A DNA stretch of 62,665 nt from a virus (IMGVR_UViG_3300018080_000186:1-62665); one strand, 5' to 3'. Positions 37,278 to 49,533 are shown, counted from the stretch's first letter. Notes: generated from the letters alone by a model not told the origin. A program made the numbers and translations.

Positions 37278-38368
37278 TGAAGAAGAAGTACAGGATGAAG
37301 CACGACTGCGTGATCGCAGAGCAGGATTTCGAGAACGGTGGCGCGTGGGCAGTCGAGCCCCCCGGAGGCGGATGGTTGTTCTATCTGGGTGGAGCCCCCT
37401 TCCACCAGTTCTTTGAGCTCGTGGAGGAGGAGGGCACGGACTGCGCTCGGTGCGGAGCCCCAGAGAACTGGGCGATGAGCCAAGAGGCATTAGACCATCA
37501 TCTGGGTGAAGTCCGAGGGGCCGTTGGAGTGAAGGACGGTGAGTCCCTACTCTGCCGCATCAAGGAGCTCGTGGAGAAGGAGACGAAACTCGCCGCCCTT
37601 GAGGATGATGTCGACAGACTACAGAAAAGCAACGACATGATCCGAGACATCTGCAAGCCACCAGAGGGCATCAACATCTACTACCGCGTCCGGCAACTGG
37701 TGGATACCGAGAAGGCTGTTGGGATCATCAGGCTGGACAACGATCGCAAGGACAAGGCCCTGAACAAGATCCGCACCGCCTGCAGGGCTCGGGACGGACA
37801 GGGAATCAGGGAGCGTTGCGAGCAGCTCGTGGAGACCGAGAACCAGTGCGTGAAACTCATCGCGGAGAACGACCGCCTCGAGGAGGAGAACGAGCGGCTG
37901 CGCGGCATCGCGGAGATCGAGCTGTTCCGATGCTCGACGTGCGGGATGGAGTTCCCCTCAGCTATCAGCAGGGACTGCCACCAGTCCCAGTGCGAGGCGA
38001 GCACCCCGGGCTACATCTGTCATCTTTGCTGCCACGGACTTCCCTGCGAGCTCGGAAAGATCGCGACCTCCGCGAACACCTGTGGATCGCTCAAGAGGGA
38101 GTTCGGGGACAGCGACATCCTCCCCAAGGCCGAGATCACCGCGAAGGATAGCGTGAGGATCCTCGACGGGATCAAGAAGGTGGAGAAGAGCATCATTCTC
38201 ATCAACGAATGGCTGGACGAGGACTGGAAGGATCTCAACAAGACCAAGCAGCGGTTCTGCAATCTGCGCGAGACCATGAACAGTCACATGCAGGAGACAA
38301 CGGGGCTTCGGGATCGGCTCCTCGAGCTCACAGAGCGCGTGGGGGCCCTGGAGAGCAAGGAGCGATGA
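37277..38368 (+). CDS. Coiled-coil protein with internal repeats and zinc fingers
   Basis: Three similar helical units (..R...LVE/DTE) and CxxC motifs. Confidence 0.65.
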   Translation: MKKKYRMKHDCVIAEQDFENGGAWAVEPPGGGWLFYLGGAPFHQFFELVEEEGTDCARCGAPENWAMSQEALDHHLGEVRGAVGVKDGESLLCRIKELVEKETKLAALEDDVDRLQKSNDMIRDICKPPEGINIYYRVRQLVDTEKAVGIIRLDNDRKDKALNKIRTACRARDGQGIRERCEQLVETENQCVKLIAENDRLEEENERLRGIAEIELFRCSTCGMEFPSAISRDCHQSQCEASTPGYICHLCCHGLPCELGKIATSANTCGSLKREFGDSDILPKAEITAKDSVRILDGIKKVEKSIILINEWLDEDWKDLNKTKQRFCNLRETMNSHMQETTGLRDRLLELTERVGALESKER

Positions 38369-39042
38369 TGACCGACGCTGAACTGAAGAAGATGACGAAG
38401 AAGGATCTGATCGAGGAGATCAAGGAGCTCCACGAGGGCCGCGAGAAGCAGTTCGAGCTGCTGTTGGAGCACAAGGGCAAGGCCAACAGCCTGATGCAGC
38501 ACCTCGATCACCTCGCCCTGTACACCAAGATGAGATCGTTCGTGATGGATGCACTGCGTGCCGAGGACACCGAGGATCACAAGATGTGGAATCACATGCT
38601 CGGCGGCAAGAACGTCGCCTACAACGAGATCCACGCCCTCGTCCTGAACATCATCAAGATCCACGAGGAGCAATCATGAGCGATGTCATTGCCATTGAGG
38701 TCCAGAGATCGGACGGCGAGAAGGAGAAGCTCGGGGTGCATCACTTTCCCGCGGTTCCCAGAAAGGGGGACCACATCTGCCTCGACGGGAAGGACGTCCT
38801 CATCGTCGGCTGGATCATCTGGGTGCCCATGAAGGTCGAGTATGACGGGAGCAACTACCACGTTCGTCAGTACACGACGCCCCTCATGCTCGTGAGCAAG
38901 CCCGAGTGAACATGACGACTGCAATCCTCCTCGAGGCGGTGGTGGCAAGCCTCGCGGAGTTCGGATCGGGCTGGCCGTGGCCAGCCATGATCCTTCGTGA
39001 GTACGGATGGCCCACACACACCCTGCCACTGACACACAAGAA

Positions 39043-39056
39043 GGGAGCCGAACATG
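39043..39056 (+). promoter_or_regulatory. GGGAGCCGAACATG box over the RBS and start codon (copy 2)
   Basis: Exact 14-mer shared with 23481 and 47773. Confidence 0.8.
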
Positions 39057-39605
39057 GACGAGGAGAAGAAGACGAGACTGGAGGAGAAGCACGAGATCTA
39101 CGGCAAGCCACCGGCTGGAAAGATGGACATCTCCGAAGAGGATGGCGTCCACGAGGAGTGGTACAAGGACGTCGCTGATCTCAAGACGCCCGAGGACCTG
39201 ATGGTCTTCATGCAGAACCTGGACGACAACTATCATCACGACTACGGGACGATCTGCCACGCCATCGCCGCATCCGGTCTCGGTGCCATGAAGGTCGCGG
39301 ATCACCACTGGAAGCAGGGCGGCATCACCGGGTTCCAGGCGAGCTGCATCATGTGGGAGGTCCTGAAGCACTGGCTGCACGAGAAGGGCCCTCTGCGCCT
39401 CGTGAGGTACGAAAAGATGCTCTACCCGCAGTACGCCGACAAGTTCGGTCTCACTATCAGCAAGCATGCCTGGGAGTGGCTGCAGGAGCACGCAGAGAAG
39501 AGGCTCGGTGAGGACGACTCCCCGGTGAACGAGAACGTGAAGAACCACTGGGCCAGCATCATCGCCGGCGTGGTGCCGTTCGGCTACAAGGTGGAGGAGG
39601 ACTGA
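39054..39605 (+). CDS. Conserved phage hypothetical protein
   Basis: HDYGTIC.A.AA...GGITGFQA...LYPQY motifs. Confidence 0.7.
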   Translation: MDEEKKTRLEEKHEIYGKPPAGKMDISEEDGVHEEWYKDVADLKTPEDLMVFMQNLDDNYHHDYGTICHAIAASGLGAMKVADHHWKQGGITGFQASCIMWEVLKHWLHEKGPLRLVRYEKMLYPQYADKFGLTISKHAWEWLQEHAEKRLGEDDSPVNENVKNHWASIIAGVVPFGYKVEED

Positions 39606-41827
39606 CATGGACGAGCGCGAAGACATCATGAAGATGATCAATGACTCGAAGGGATCGTCGTGGGCCACCCTGGGGGCCCTCGGTTACGGAGCCGCCCTGC
39701 CGATGCTTATGGGAGGCCTGATGGGCAAGCTCGGAAGGATCAAGGAAGTGAAGCTCGTCTACGAGAAGATCTCTCTCAGCGCGTTCGATGACCGACACGT
39801 CATCGTGCTCATCGGGCCCGATTCCAGAGTCTGGGGTAGCCTGAGCACCCATGCCGTCGAGCAGCTCAAGCGCCAGCCCGGAGACGTCCTCAGGCTCGGT
39901 GAGGTGCCCGAGGAGGAGGAGAAGGACGAGGACACCCCCGAGGACGAGGAGCCCACTGAGCAGCCAGGGAGGGCCCCTGAGGAGGGCCCGGATATTGACG
40001 AGGGCACCGGCCTCGTCGGAGCCGGGAGAGGCAACTACTTCTACTGTCCGTTCTGCGGGAAGATGCTCGCTGGACCACGGAGGCGGGCCGATCACATCAG
40101 GAGGGAGCATGAATCCTTCCTGGACAAGTACCCCAAGATCAAGGCCGAGGTCGAGGAGATCCTGCACGGGAAGGATGAAGGATGAGTGGGGCATTCGGAC
40201 CCAGCATCATCGGTGGCGGCATGGGTGGGGGGCTTCGATGGCGCGATATCAGGACTGGGGTGCGTTGCATCCACTGCGGCAAGGGCGAGTTCCTGATCAG
40301 TCACGAGGCCAGTGACACAAGGTGGGGCGTGGACGGATACTACGTCACCTGCACCTTCAGCCCACGACAGGGGGCCATCTGCCCCTGGGTCGAGAAGACC
40401 GACTACCGAGGCTACCCGCTCACAGAGGAGCAGGCCAGATTTTTCATCCCCCACGAGGGCAACCCGGACGCCATGGCCTATCTGCTTAGGCAGTACTGCC
40501 CCGAGCTCCGCGATGCGGTCCTCGAGCAGTTCGACCCGCACAAGCATGACCCGTACCAGAGGGCAGCAGACAGGGCGGCCGACGAGGAGCACGTCGAGAA
40601 GCACAAGGGGAGGAAGAAGCTATGAGTGATGAGGCGAGAAGGTGGGCGGTGGCGAGCATGAAGGCGGGGGATCTCCTCAGCAAGTGGTTCTGGAAGCACC
40701 CACGAATCCTCAAGACAATCGCACCGAAGCTCCCCGAGATCATCGACGTGCTCAAGGCCGCAGACATCCAGAAGATCGAGGTCCTGCTCGAGCACGGGTG
40801 GAAGCAGTGAAGGCCTGGTATGCGGCCGCGGCCATCGCGATGATCGCAGGGGCCGTCTATGCGCTGTGGAAGATCGACTGGGAGTGGAGCCAGGAGCTCG
40901 CCCCGACCCTGGCCATGATGATCATCCTCGGGGTTCTCATGCTATTTGCCTGGGCCTCGGAGCACATTCTGGAACCATTCAAGAAACGGAAGGAGAAGAA
41001 CATGTCCGAAGGAGTCTACAAGCTGTTCGTCCCGTGCCCGAAGTGCGGGAAGCCCCACGGTGTCCGTCTCGTGGTGGACGAGTCCGAGTTCAGGGTTGTG
41101 TGCATCAGTTGCGAGGAGATGGATGAGAGCGTGGAGCTCGACCAGGTCCTCGAGACGGTGAGCACCCTGACGCTGGTGGCCCACGACGAGGGCCCCCTCG
41201 AGGAGCAGAAGGTGCAGGAGGTCGTGGCGGATCTGCTCGGGCTCCCGGAGGAGGAAGAATGAAGCTCTCGCAGGTGGTGGACCGTGTCATCAGGGCCATC
41301 GAGGAGCGCCTCGAGCCCGATCAGGCATACCAGACCACCATGCTCCGTGGCATGGCCGGACAGCTCATCAGGCAGTTCGGGGACCTGGAGCTCAACATCA
41401 TCGTGAAGCGGATCCCGCTCGAGGAGGTGCAGGATGGGGAAGCGGCGGAAAAGGACGAGAAGTAGGGCCCCTGCGATGGACCCTCAGGAGAGGGCCACCA
41501 ACCAGAGGGCCATCGGGATGCTCAAGCGCATCACCCGGCGACTGGGACGTGGACAGCAGATGCCGTTCCTGGTGGTCTCGGTGGAGCCTGGGAGGCACCC
41601 GACCACCGGGGAGGTCCGGGCCCTGCCCGCGATCCTCAGCACCAGGATGGAGCAGAAAAAGTCTGCGTTCCTGATCCAGGCCCTGTTCAGCCACCTGGCG
41701 GAGATCGGGGCCGTGAAGCCCAATCCTGGGCCCCAGGAGGCCGAGAAGGCCTCGGGGGTGGTCCAGGGTGCCCCCGACCCTTCCGGGGGCCTGGACACGA
41801 ACCTGGACGAGCCTGACGCGGACGTGG

Positions 41828-42658
41828 ATGGCGAGTAGCCCTGACCTGCAGGGCTTCGAGACCTGGCTGCGCCGTCGTCAACTCAGAGCTCTGACCATCA
41901 AGGCCTACGTGGCCTCGGTGAAGTTCGCCTACAAGCGGGGCAACCCGGTCAAGGCCCTGTCCGGGGCCAAGAGCCGGGGACGCCACACGCAGCTCCGCAG
42001 CGCCCTCAACCAGTACGCGAGGTTCTCCAAGAACGAGGCCATGCTCGAGGACATCCGGGCTGTTCAGAGACCCCGAACGAAGCGCAAGCCGGCCCGCAGG
42101 CCCCTGGACACCCAGGAGTGGAACGAACTGCTCCGGTCGGTGAAGATCGAGGAGGAGCCCATCTCACAGGCCCTCGTGCTCATCGTCCACACTGGACTGC
42201 GGAGCTCGGATGTGCTGAACATCGAGAGAAGCTACGCCGAGCAGGGCCTCGAGAACGGCATCCTGCAACTGGAGCAGAAGGGAGGGGACTACAGGCCCTT
42301 CCCCGTCGGCGGGGGCATGAGGACGGCCCTGCGCGAGCTCGTGGAGTACTGGGAATGGGAGAGGCTCCGGGACATCATCTCCGACGGTCAGAGCGACAAC
42401 GCCGCCTACATGGTCGTCTACCGCAAGCTCAAGAAGGCTGCGGAGAGGGCCGGGTTCGAGCCGGGGCGTGTCCACCCCCACCTGCTGCGGATCACTGCGG
42501 CCATCCAGCTCTACACCAGGACCAAGGACATCTGGGCGGTCAAGGAGTGGCTCGGGCACTCCGACATCGCCACGACCCAGATCTATCTAAGCAAGTACAC
42601 CAACCCCGACAACCTCATGGACTCGATGAGAGCCCTGCAAGAGGAGAGAGAGGAGTAG
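41828..42658 (+). CDS. Tyrosine recombinase (XerC/D-like integrase/resolvase)
   Basis: TGLR, K, HLLR and LGH....T..Y catalytic motifs. Short, with no arm-binding domain. Confidence 0.92.
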   Translation: MASSPDLQGFETWLRRRQLRALTIKAYVASVKFAYKRGNPVKALSGAKSRGRHTQLRSALNQYARFSKNEAMLEDIRAVQRPRTKRKPARRPLDTQEWNELLRSVKIEEEPISQALVLIVHTGLRSSDVLNIERSYAEQGLENGILQLEQKGGDYRPFPVGGGMRTALRELVEYWEWERLRDIISDGQSDNAAYMVVYRKLKKAAERAGFEPGRVHPHLLRITAAIQLYTRTKDIWAVKEWLGHSDIATTQIYLSKYTNPDNLMDSMRALQEEREE

Positions 42659-44149
42659 TCATGAAAAGGAAGCAGAACAGACTCTTCAGGCCGCCGATGA
42701 TCGGAAAGAAACAGCGGCTGCGGTTCGTCATCGGTCCCGACATGGAGATGGCCTGGCTCACTCGCGAGGAGCGCAAGGCCCTCAGCGACCACGGCCAGGA
42801 GGTCATGAACCAGCAGTACGAGGAGGACGCCGCCGAGAAGGCCGTGTTCGAGAAGTTCGAGTCCGAGCTCGAGGCGGCCGCCCGCGCCGAGATCAAGGAG
42901 CTGCTCAAGGACCCGGACACGATCAACGACAAGTGGCCCACCGAGGAGTTCGCTTACCTGCTGCACATCGCCGGCGGGTCGCCCCCGGATTCCTGCCACA
43001 CCTGGACGGGGGGCGACATGAACGAGTTCCGTCTCGCCCACACCCTCAGCGTGGAGATCCCCAAGGAGCTCGAGCCCGAGGCCATCGGCCTCATCAATCC
43101 CATCGATTTCCCGAACGCATTCGAAGATGTCACGAAGGGGATGAAGGCCCTGCTGGATCACTTCGGTCTCACCATCAAGGAGGAGGAATAGCCATGACCG
43201 AGACACTGTGGGCAAGGGTAGAGGAGCGCAAGAGGGGCAAGGCCCTCGTGCTCTACCGCAACGAACTGGTGAGCGGCCCGAGGGGCCCGATGGTCGAGGC
43301 ACGGACGGTGTTCGTGGTCGAGAAGATCGGGAAGTCCTTCGAGGCATTCGACGGCGAGGCCGCCTCGCTCGAGCTCACCTCCACCGAGGTCGGCGGCGAC
43401 ATCACCGTCAGCGCCACCATCAAGCACTCCGCGCAGGATCCCCGCGATCCCGAGATCCCGCGCATCGGGTTCGAGGACAAGGTGCCCGAGCACGAGGAGA
43501 AGAAGAAGAAGATCCGCAAGCGCGGGATGGGCAAGTTTTTGGGCAAGGACGACAAGAAGGCCGCCACGCAGAAGCCTGGCTCGCCCCCCGTCCCCCCCGA
43601 GCAGCGCCGTCGCGGAGCCTCCGGCCTCAGGGCCCCCACACGCCGTCGCAGGCCGAAGAGGTGATCCATGGAGCCAGTACGCAAGCAGCAGTACAAGGAG
43701 GCCCTGGAGCCCATCCTGGGCCCCGGAGACGTCGTCCTGGTCGTCTGCAACGACGACAGCCACACCCTGCTCTACGGGCAGGACTACAGGACCGCCTACG
43801 CGCAGGGCCAGTGGAGCCCCCGCTACACCGTCTGGTCGGTCCTGCTCGGGTTCAAGATCCTCGGAGAGCTTATCGGTGAGCACATGAAGGTCGTGTTCCC
43901 CGGCGAGAACCTCGACCCCATGACCATGGAGCTCACGCAAGAGCAGCTCGAGGTCCTGCAGAAGAGCCTCGCCTCGGGGTCGCTGATGCCCAACGAGACG
44001 TTCCCTCTCGTGGCGGCCGGCTTCCGTCAGCTCGCCCAGGCCCTCGAGGGTCACCTCGCATCCTGCGCCCCCAACGAGTACCGCCAGATGCAGGAGAACA
44101 TGAAGAAGCCGATCGAGAAACCCATGGGGGGTGAAAGGAGCGGGAACTG

Positions 44150-45151
44150 ATGGACAACCCATGGTTTCCCAAGGCTGGAACGGTCATCCTCTTGCTGTTC
44201 GTGATCACCATCATCGTCGCCCACTTCCCAGACTGCCCCGGCGATGCCCACGGAGAGGATGAGGTACCCACACACCACGAGCAGTGGTGCGAGAACATCG
44301 ACGGTTGGTGCCCCACCGTGACCAACGGAATCCACGCCGGCAAGAAGTGGTGCAACAGCCCGAAGAAGAAGTGTTACACTAGCCACCGCAACCGATCCTA
44401 CGACATCTACATGGCGCTGAAGGACTGGTTCAATCTCTACCCCTCGGGCAAGCACGGCCTCTTCAAGAGCGGGACGATCCGAACCGAGAGCGAGCTCACC
44501 TGGGACAGCAAGACCAGTTCGTCCACCGAGGAGTGCGGGATCGCCAGCGTCGACCGCTCCAAGGCCAAGAAGTGGAACATCAATGCCTGCGACCCAGAGG
44601 CCAACCTCTGGGCGGCGCAGTCCATGGACGCGAGCCGGCTCATCAGGATGCGAGAGAAATACCCGGAGCTCGAGCTCGCACCACTCTCCGACCAGTGGAA
44701 GATCGCAGGGGCCGGTGGGGCCATCGGCAGCAACAAGGTCTACAACCTCATCAAGGGATCCGGGGCCCTGCGCCTGAAGAAGGGCGAGGACATCCTCGTC
44801 TACAAGCACCCGCACGACCGGATCATGAAGTGGCTGGTGTGGAAGGATAAGAGCGACCCGTCCTTCTTCTACAACTTCATGGCCATCCCGCTGCTCGGAA
44901 AGAACCAGGGCAAGGGGGCGTTCCGCCTGGCCCGCTCAGAGGGACAGGAGAATCTATTCGAGGATCTCTTCGTCCATGGCCTCGAGAGCGCCTACGGAGA
45001 GCCCACGATGCCCGCAAGACCCCTGGGGGCCTACCCCTTCCCCGACAACGCCAAGCACCACTGCCAGTGCTGGAGATGGCCGGAACTGGCCGATGTGATG
45101 CCGACCCCGCACACGGTCGGCGTGGATGTCATCGATCCGAGATTGCTCTGA
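44150..45151 (+). CDS. Secreted or anchored lysozyme-fold (SLT-like) protein, endolysin candidate
   Basis: N-terminal hydrophobic signal; TES...ECGI.....ACDPEANL resembles the SLT motifs ES/GLMQ/DP.N. Confidence 0.5.
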   Translation: MDNPWFPKAGTVILLLFVITIIVAHFPDCPGDAHGEDEVPTHHEQWCENIDGWCPTVTNGIHAGKKWCNSPKKKCYTSHRNRSYDIYMALKDWFNLYPSGKHGLFKSGTIRTESELTWDSKTSSSTEECGIASVDRSKAKKWNINACDPEANLWAAQSMDASRLIRMREKYPELELAPLSDQWKIAGAGGAIGSNKVYNLIKGSGALRLKKGEDILVYKHPHDRIMKWLVWKDKSDPSFFYNFMAIPLLGKNQGKGAFRLARSEGQENLFEDLFVHGLESAYGEPTMPARPLGAYPFPDNAKHHCQCWRWPELADVMPTPHTVGVDVIDPRLL

Positions 45152-46090
45152 TGGCGTCGAAGGGCTGGGCATCCTGTCACCAGAACTGGGTGGACGCGAT
45201 GAAGAAGAACCGCGACCGCCGCACCATCGCGATCGTCTACACCGGGTTTACCCGGGCCCCCTACAGGATCTGGATGCTCGAGGACGACCGAGTCATCATG
45301 AGGGGCACGTTCCGATTCAGTGACCTGCAGCACGTCGTCAGCGCCGTGGACTCCATCTACCGGGCCGCGGGGATCACCGGCTACTACGCCACCAACATGC
45401 AATGAGGAGAAGAACCATGGAAGCCTATCTGTGCGACATCACAGTCCACGTCCGAAAGCGCGTCGGCCCCGGGGCTCTCCCCGACCACGATGCCATGCGT
45501 CAGTTCGACAAGGACGCGGTCGAGTTCGTCAAGAAGAGCCTCATCAAGGGAGGCTTCGTCAGCGGCGACAGGCTGCGCTTCGAGGTCGACCCCCTCACCT
45601 GCGCCGATGGTCTCATCCAGGTATCAGTGAAGATCGGGTCGGCGCCATGAAAGACCGAGACCACTACTGGGTCGTCGTGCCGAAGTCTCAGAAGCGTGAG
45701 CCGTTCATGCTCAAGGAGAAGAACGCCTCACGGGTTTGGGAGAGGATCCGCGAAGAGGTCGGGGGTGCCGAGATCGAAGACGTGATCCACCTATGCGATG
45801 TTCTGGATGCGAGGGATCTGGTTGAGAGTATTCGAGACTTCGGAAGGAGTCTTGGATTCAGGTCCGTTCAATGATGCCGCTCACCAGCAAGCAGAGGGTC
45901 TCCGTCCTCGAGAAGATGGATCCAGATCAGCGCCTCGAGACCTACGTCTCGATCAGGAATCGGGTGGACCGGAATCTCCAGCAGGATGTGGGGTATCACT
46001 TCAGCGACGAGTACGATCGATTGCTGGACGAGCTCCAGGACTACTGGACTGCCATGACGGAAGAGGAGCGCATCAAGGCGCAACGTCAGC

Positions 46091-47578
46091 TCACACGCTG
46101 AACGCCTCCTCCATCGTGACGGGCACCACGGTGGGGTGACCTCTCTCCTCGCGCACCGCATTCTCCTTCTCGATCTTGACGTAGTCCGGCTCGTAGCCAT
46201 GGGCGAAGAACGCCTGGTTCGGGGTCCAGACTCCGAGCTGGCCATCGGGCCGTGGCGTGGCCGCCCTCTCCTCGTCGGTCATCATGCACCAGCGGCACTT
46301 CTGGCATGTGGCGTAGACGCGGGGGTTGGTCGCGGAGCACTCGGTCGGGTCCCCGATCTCGGTGTGCAGAGATCCGCAGTGGTACCCGAACACGGTGGTG
46401 ACTCGGACCCGGTCCCCAAACTCGTCGCTGATGGCGTTGCGGAACGCGGCGAGGATCTTGTCCTGGGGCTCGGCGGTGGCGTAGCTGAGGTGGCCGTTCA
46501 TCTTCGAGGCCGCCTTCGCGAGCTGCTCGACGCTGTTGGGCCCACCACGATCCCTGCTCGTGGGCGTGGAGGGATCCAGGGAGAACTGCAGCCGCAGGTT
46601 GGGACGGGGCACGAGCTTCTCGGCCGTGTCCTTCTTCCTCGAGAACCCCCAGACGATGAGATCGGGGTGTCGCTCTGTCATCCTGTTCACGAGTCGGATG
46701 GTGCCCTTGTTGAAGTCGCCGCCGCCGTTCCAGCGGATGTTGAGCGGGGCGTCGAGGGGCAGACGCTTCGACCTCTCCCCCTTCTGCGTGAAGAACTTCT
46801 CCCTCACCTGCTCGTAGAACAGATCTGCCTGCTCGCTGATCTCGGCCGACGATGCGGTCGCGTACATCTCCGATACGATCAGGTTCTGCAGGTACCTGGC
46901 CTGCTGGCGGCTCAGGTTGTACCAGTGCTGCTCGTCCCATCCGACGAAGCGGCCGACCTTGGCGTAGCAGTGCTTCATGCACCACGCCGTGGGTCGGCAG
47001 GTTCCGCCGATCTCGGGGTGCAGACGTGCAACCGCGGCCATGGGCGACCTCGACGGGTCCTTCTTCTTCTGCTTGCCCTTGAACGTGGTCGCGAGGGCGC
47101 CGAGGTACTTCTGGATCCTGATGTTGAAGGAGAACCCGGTCTTGAAGTTGACCGAGAGGTACATCACCTTGTTCTGGATGTCCGAGATGACCTCCTTGGG
47201 GGCGTGGCGGATGATGGCCGGGAGCTTCTCGCGCCAGGACATCTCCTCGGCCCACTGCTCGTCCACGATCTGCTGGATGGCCGGATCGAGCCGGTAGTCG
47301 GCCCCGACCCGGACGTCACGGATGCTCGTCGTGGGGTCGAATGGGGACCCCGCCGGCTCCGCCTCGTTCTCGATCTCCCGGCCCTCGATGTCCAGGAGCT
47401 TCACCTTGGCTCCGTACCCCGGATCCACAGGCATCCATGGGTAGGGATCGTAGAAGTCCCCCAGGCCCGTGTACCCGGCCTCCTCCATCGCCTCAGCGGC
47501 CATCTCCGGGATCACGCACTGGTCGGGCGGGAACCACAGATCATCGGTGGGCTCTTCGACTACTCGTACTCCTGGCAT
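46091..47578 (-). CDS. GP88-family (radical-SAM-like) protein with an acidic N-terminal extension
   Basis: C....WC...CYA, RW..GGDF, W.FSR, N..L..SLD, C..C..C motifs; GGAGG RBS before the ATG at 47578. Confidence 0.75.
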   Translation of the reverse strand: MPGVRVVEEPTDDLWFPPDQCVIPEMAAEAMEEAGYTGLGDFYDPYPWMPVDPGYGAKVKLLDIEGREIENEAEPAGSPFDPTTSIRDVRVGADYRLDPAIQQIVDEQWAEEMSWREKLPAIIRHAPKEVISDIQNKVMYLSVNFKTGFSFNIRIQKYLGALATTFKGKQKKKDPSRSPMAAVARLHPEIGGTCRPTAWCMKHCYAKVGRFVGWDEQHWYNLSRQQARYLQNLIVSEMYATASSAEISEQADLFYEQVREKFFTQKGERSKRLPLDAPLNIRWNGGGDFNKGTIRLVNRMTERHPDLIVWGFSRKKDTAEKLVPRPNLRLQFSLDPSTPTSRDRGGPNSVEQLAKAASKMNGHLSYATAEPQDKILAAFRNAISDEFGDRVRVTTVFGYHCGSLHTEIGDPTECSATNPRVYATCQKCRWCMMTDEERAATPRPDGQLGVWTPNQAFFAHGYEPDYVKIEKENAVREERGHPTVVPVTMEEAFSV

Positions 47579-47600
47579 ATCGGTCACCTCCTGATCAGAA

Positions 47601-47630
47601 GGTATACCCGCAGGGGCCGCTCTATGTCCA
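47601..47630 (-). promoter_or_regulatory. Leftward promoter for the GP88-like gene
   Basis: TGGACA-N18-TATACC on the minus strand. Confidence 0.5.
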
Positions 47631-47772
47631 GACAGGACCGCCGAGGTGTGACGATGCCGACACCGATCCCTCGAAAAACTACCAATTATTTCCGCCGTGA
47701 TTTCAGACACTTCTCAGCCTATACAAGGTCGTTGGTTGAATAAAAAGGTGTGCATATGCGTTGATATGGGCA

Positions 47773-47786
47773 GGGAGCCGAACATG
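47773..47786 (+). promoter_or_regulatory. GGGAGCCGAACATG box over the RBS and start codon (copy 3)
   Basis: Exact 14-mer; marks the first gene after an AT-rich intergenic region. Confidence 0.8.
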
Positions 47787-47999
47787 AAGAAACCATCCGA
47801 CAAGTACATCATTGGAACGCCGGCACAGAGGCGGTGGCTTGATGCCGTGATCCGAGATGCCGTCTGGAGATGCAGCGACATGGAGCCGGACCACCGAAGG
47901 TACGCCGTCATGGCATGGCTCATGACCAGGGCTGAAATGCACCAGACGACGTTCACGGGTCTCGTGAAGGAGATCAAGGAGGAGAAGGAGAGATCATGA
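47784..47999 (+). CDS. Hypothetical protein, first gene of a small-ORF operon
   Basis: ATG lies within the box motif; followed by a coupled chain of small ORFs to 49533. Confidence 0.65.
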   Translation: MKKPSDKYIIGTPAQRRWLDAVIRDAVWRCSDMEPDHRRYAVMAWLMTRAEMHQTTFTGLVKEIKEEKERS

Positions 48000-49329
48000 T
48001 CTACACGAACGAGGATGCCAAGTTTGATGCAGAGGCGCAGGGACGCTGCCCCATCTGTGGAAGAACCCCCCTCGATGGATGCACCCACTGCGACATTTGC
48101 GGTGACCTTGACTGCGATGGGACATGCGAAGACTGGGACGAGGAGCAGGAGCAGGATCAGTCATGAAGATGTACAGACACCAGATCGAAGAACTGAAGTG
48201 GAGGCCCGGGTACGGTTACATGGGTCTGCTGATCGACTTCGCGGATCTCAACGGGGTCCAGTTCAAGCGAAAGACCGACGTGGCGGAGAAGCAGAGCACC
48301 TACTACTACCTCGCGCAGGATCCCCTCATTCGAACGCTGGCCAAGTGGCTGATGATCAAGGTGCTCGAAGACCCGAAGGAACCGTTCATCGAATACCCAG
48401 ACTGTGACAAGGAGGCGCGAGACTTCGAGCGTGAGTGCTGCCTGGATGAGGACACAGAAGAGGAGGGATCATGAAGGACTTCATTGTGTACGCGAATGGG
48501 CTCGTCCACTGCTCGGTCTGCTCGAGCCTCCCAGAGGAGGATGTTGTCCTGCGCGTCAACATCGCGAATCCGACGGGGGTCACTCCATGGAGGATCGTGG
48601 AGGAGAAGTTCAAGACCGGCGAACCGAACCCGTGTCCGTGCGACAAGTACCCGGACACGCACAAGCACTACCTGTTCACCTGCTGAAGGAGGGAGCCATG
48701 GGCTACGGAAGAGAGAAGGAATGGTACGAGATCCACCTCGAGCGTGGATGTCACTCGTGCTACTACGTGGACGAGAAGCAGCTCGACGTCGGGCCGTGCT
48801 GCACCTTCGTCGGCAAGCTCGGTGTCGACGCCAAGGGCACCTGCACGAAGAGGAAGATCAAGAAGGTGAAGTCATGAGGATCAAGAAGGCGGATCGTGGG
48901 GCAGTGGCAATCGTCCTGTCGGTTGCATATTACATTCTCATGTGTTCGTGGCCAATCGCCATCGCGAAACTTCTGCTTCCACAGGAACTGGAATGGATCA
49001 TGCTCCCCGTGTTCACCGTTTGCATTATCTACGGGTTGGCTGGCGCTGGTGTTGCAATGGCATGGGTTGAGGAGAAGCCATGAACCTCGAAACTGACACC
49101 CCGTGCGTGGCGACCGACCGTCACAACGTCGTGGAGCACGCCGTGAGGACTCGATCGGACGGGGTTCCCACCCAGTACCGGTTCTGCGCCCGCTGTGGGG
49201 CCGAGTGGTTCCTCGAGCAGCGAGATGGGGTCTGGGTCGTGGCCGCCCACGTCGGGCCCCAGGAGGACGCTGAGGAGGACGAGGACGAGTTCGGCGCCTG
49301 CCAGGGCGGCTTCGGGCAGGAGGGCGACG

Positions 49330-49533
49330 ATGACTGAAGATCGCGTGCCCTACGGCAACCAGAAGCGCGGTGCGAGCCGCATCCACCTCTACTACCCGAC
49401 CGAGGATCAGATGGAGCTCGCGGAGGCCGTCGAGCTCTCACCCTTCCGATCCGCCTCGGCCCTGGTCCGTCACCTCGTGCGCCAGTACCGTCGAGGCCAG
49501 CTCAACAAGATCAAGCGTTCCTGCAACTCCTGA
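49330..49533 (+). CDS. Ribbon-helix-helix-like regulator
   Basis: RIHLYY...QMEL......FRSASALVRHLV. Confidence 0.6.
   Translation: MTEDRVPYGNQKRGASRIHLYYPTEDQMELAEAVELSPFRSASALVRHLVRQYRRGQLNKIKRSCNS

Noticed and set aside
46136-47743. 535-aa plus-strand ORF
   Set aside because: It is the shadow of the minus-strand GP88-like gene, which has an RBS, a promoter and conserved motifs.
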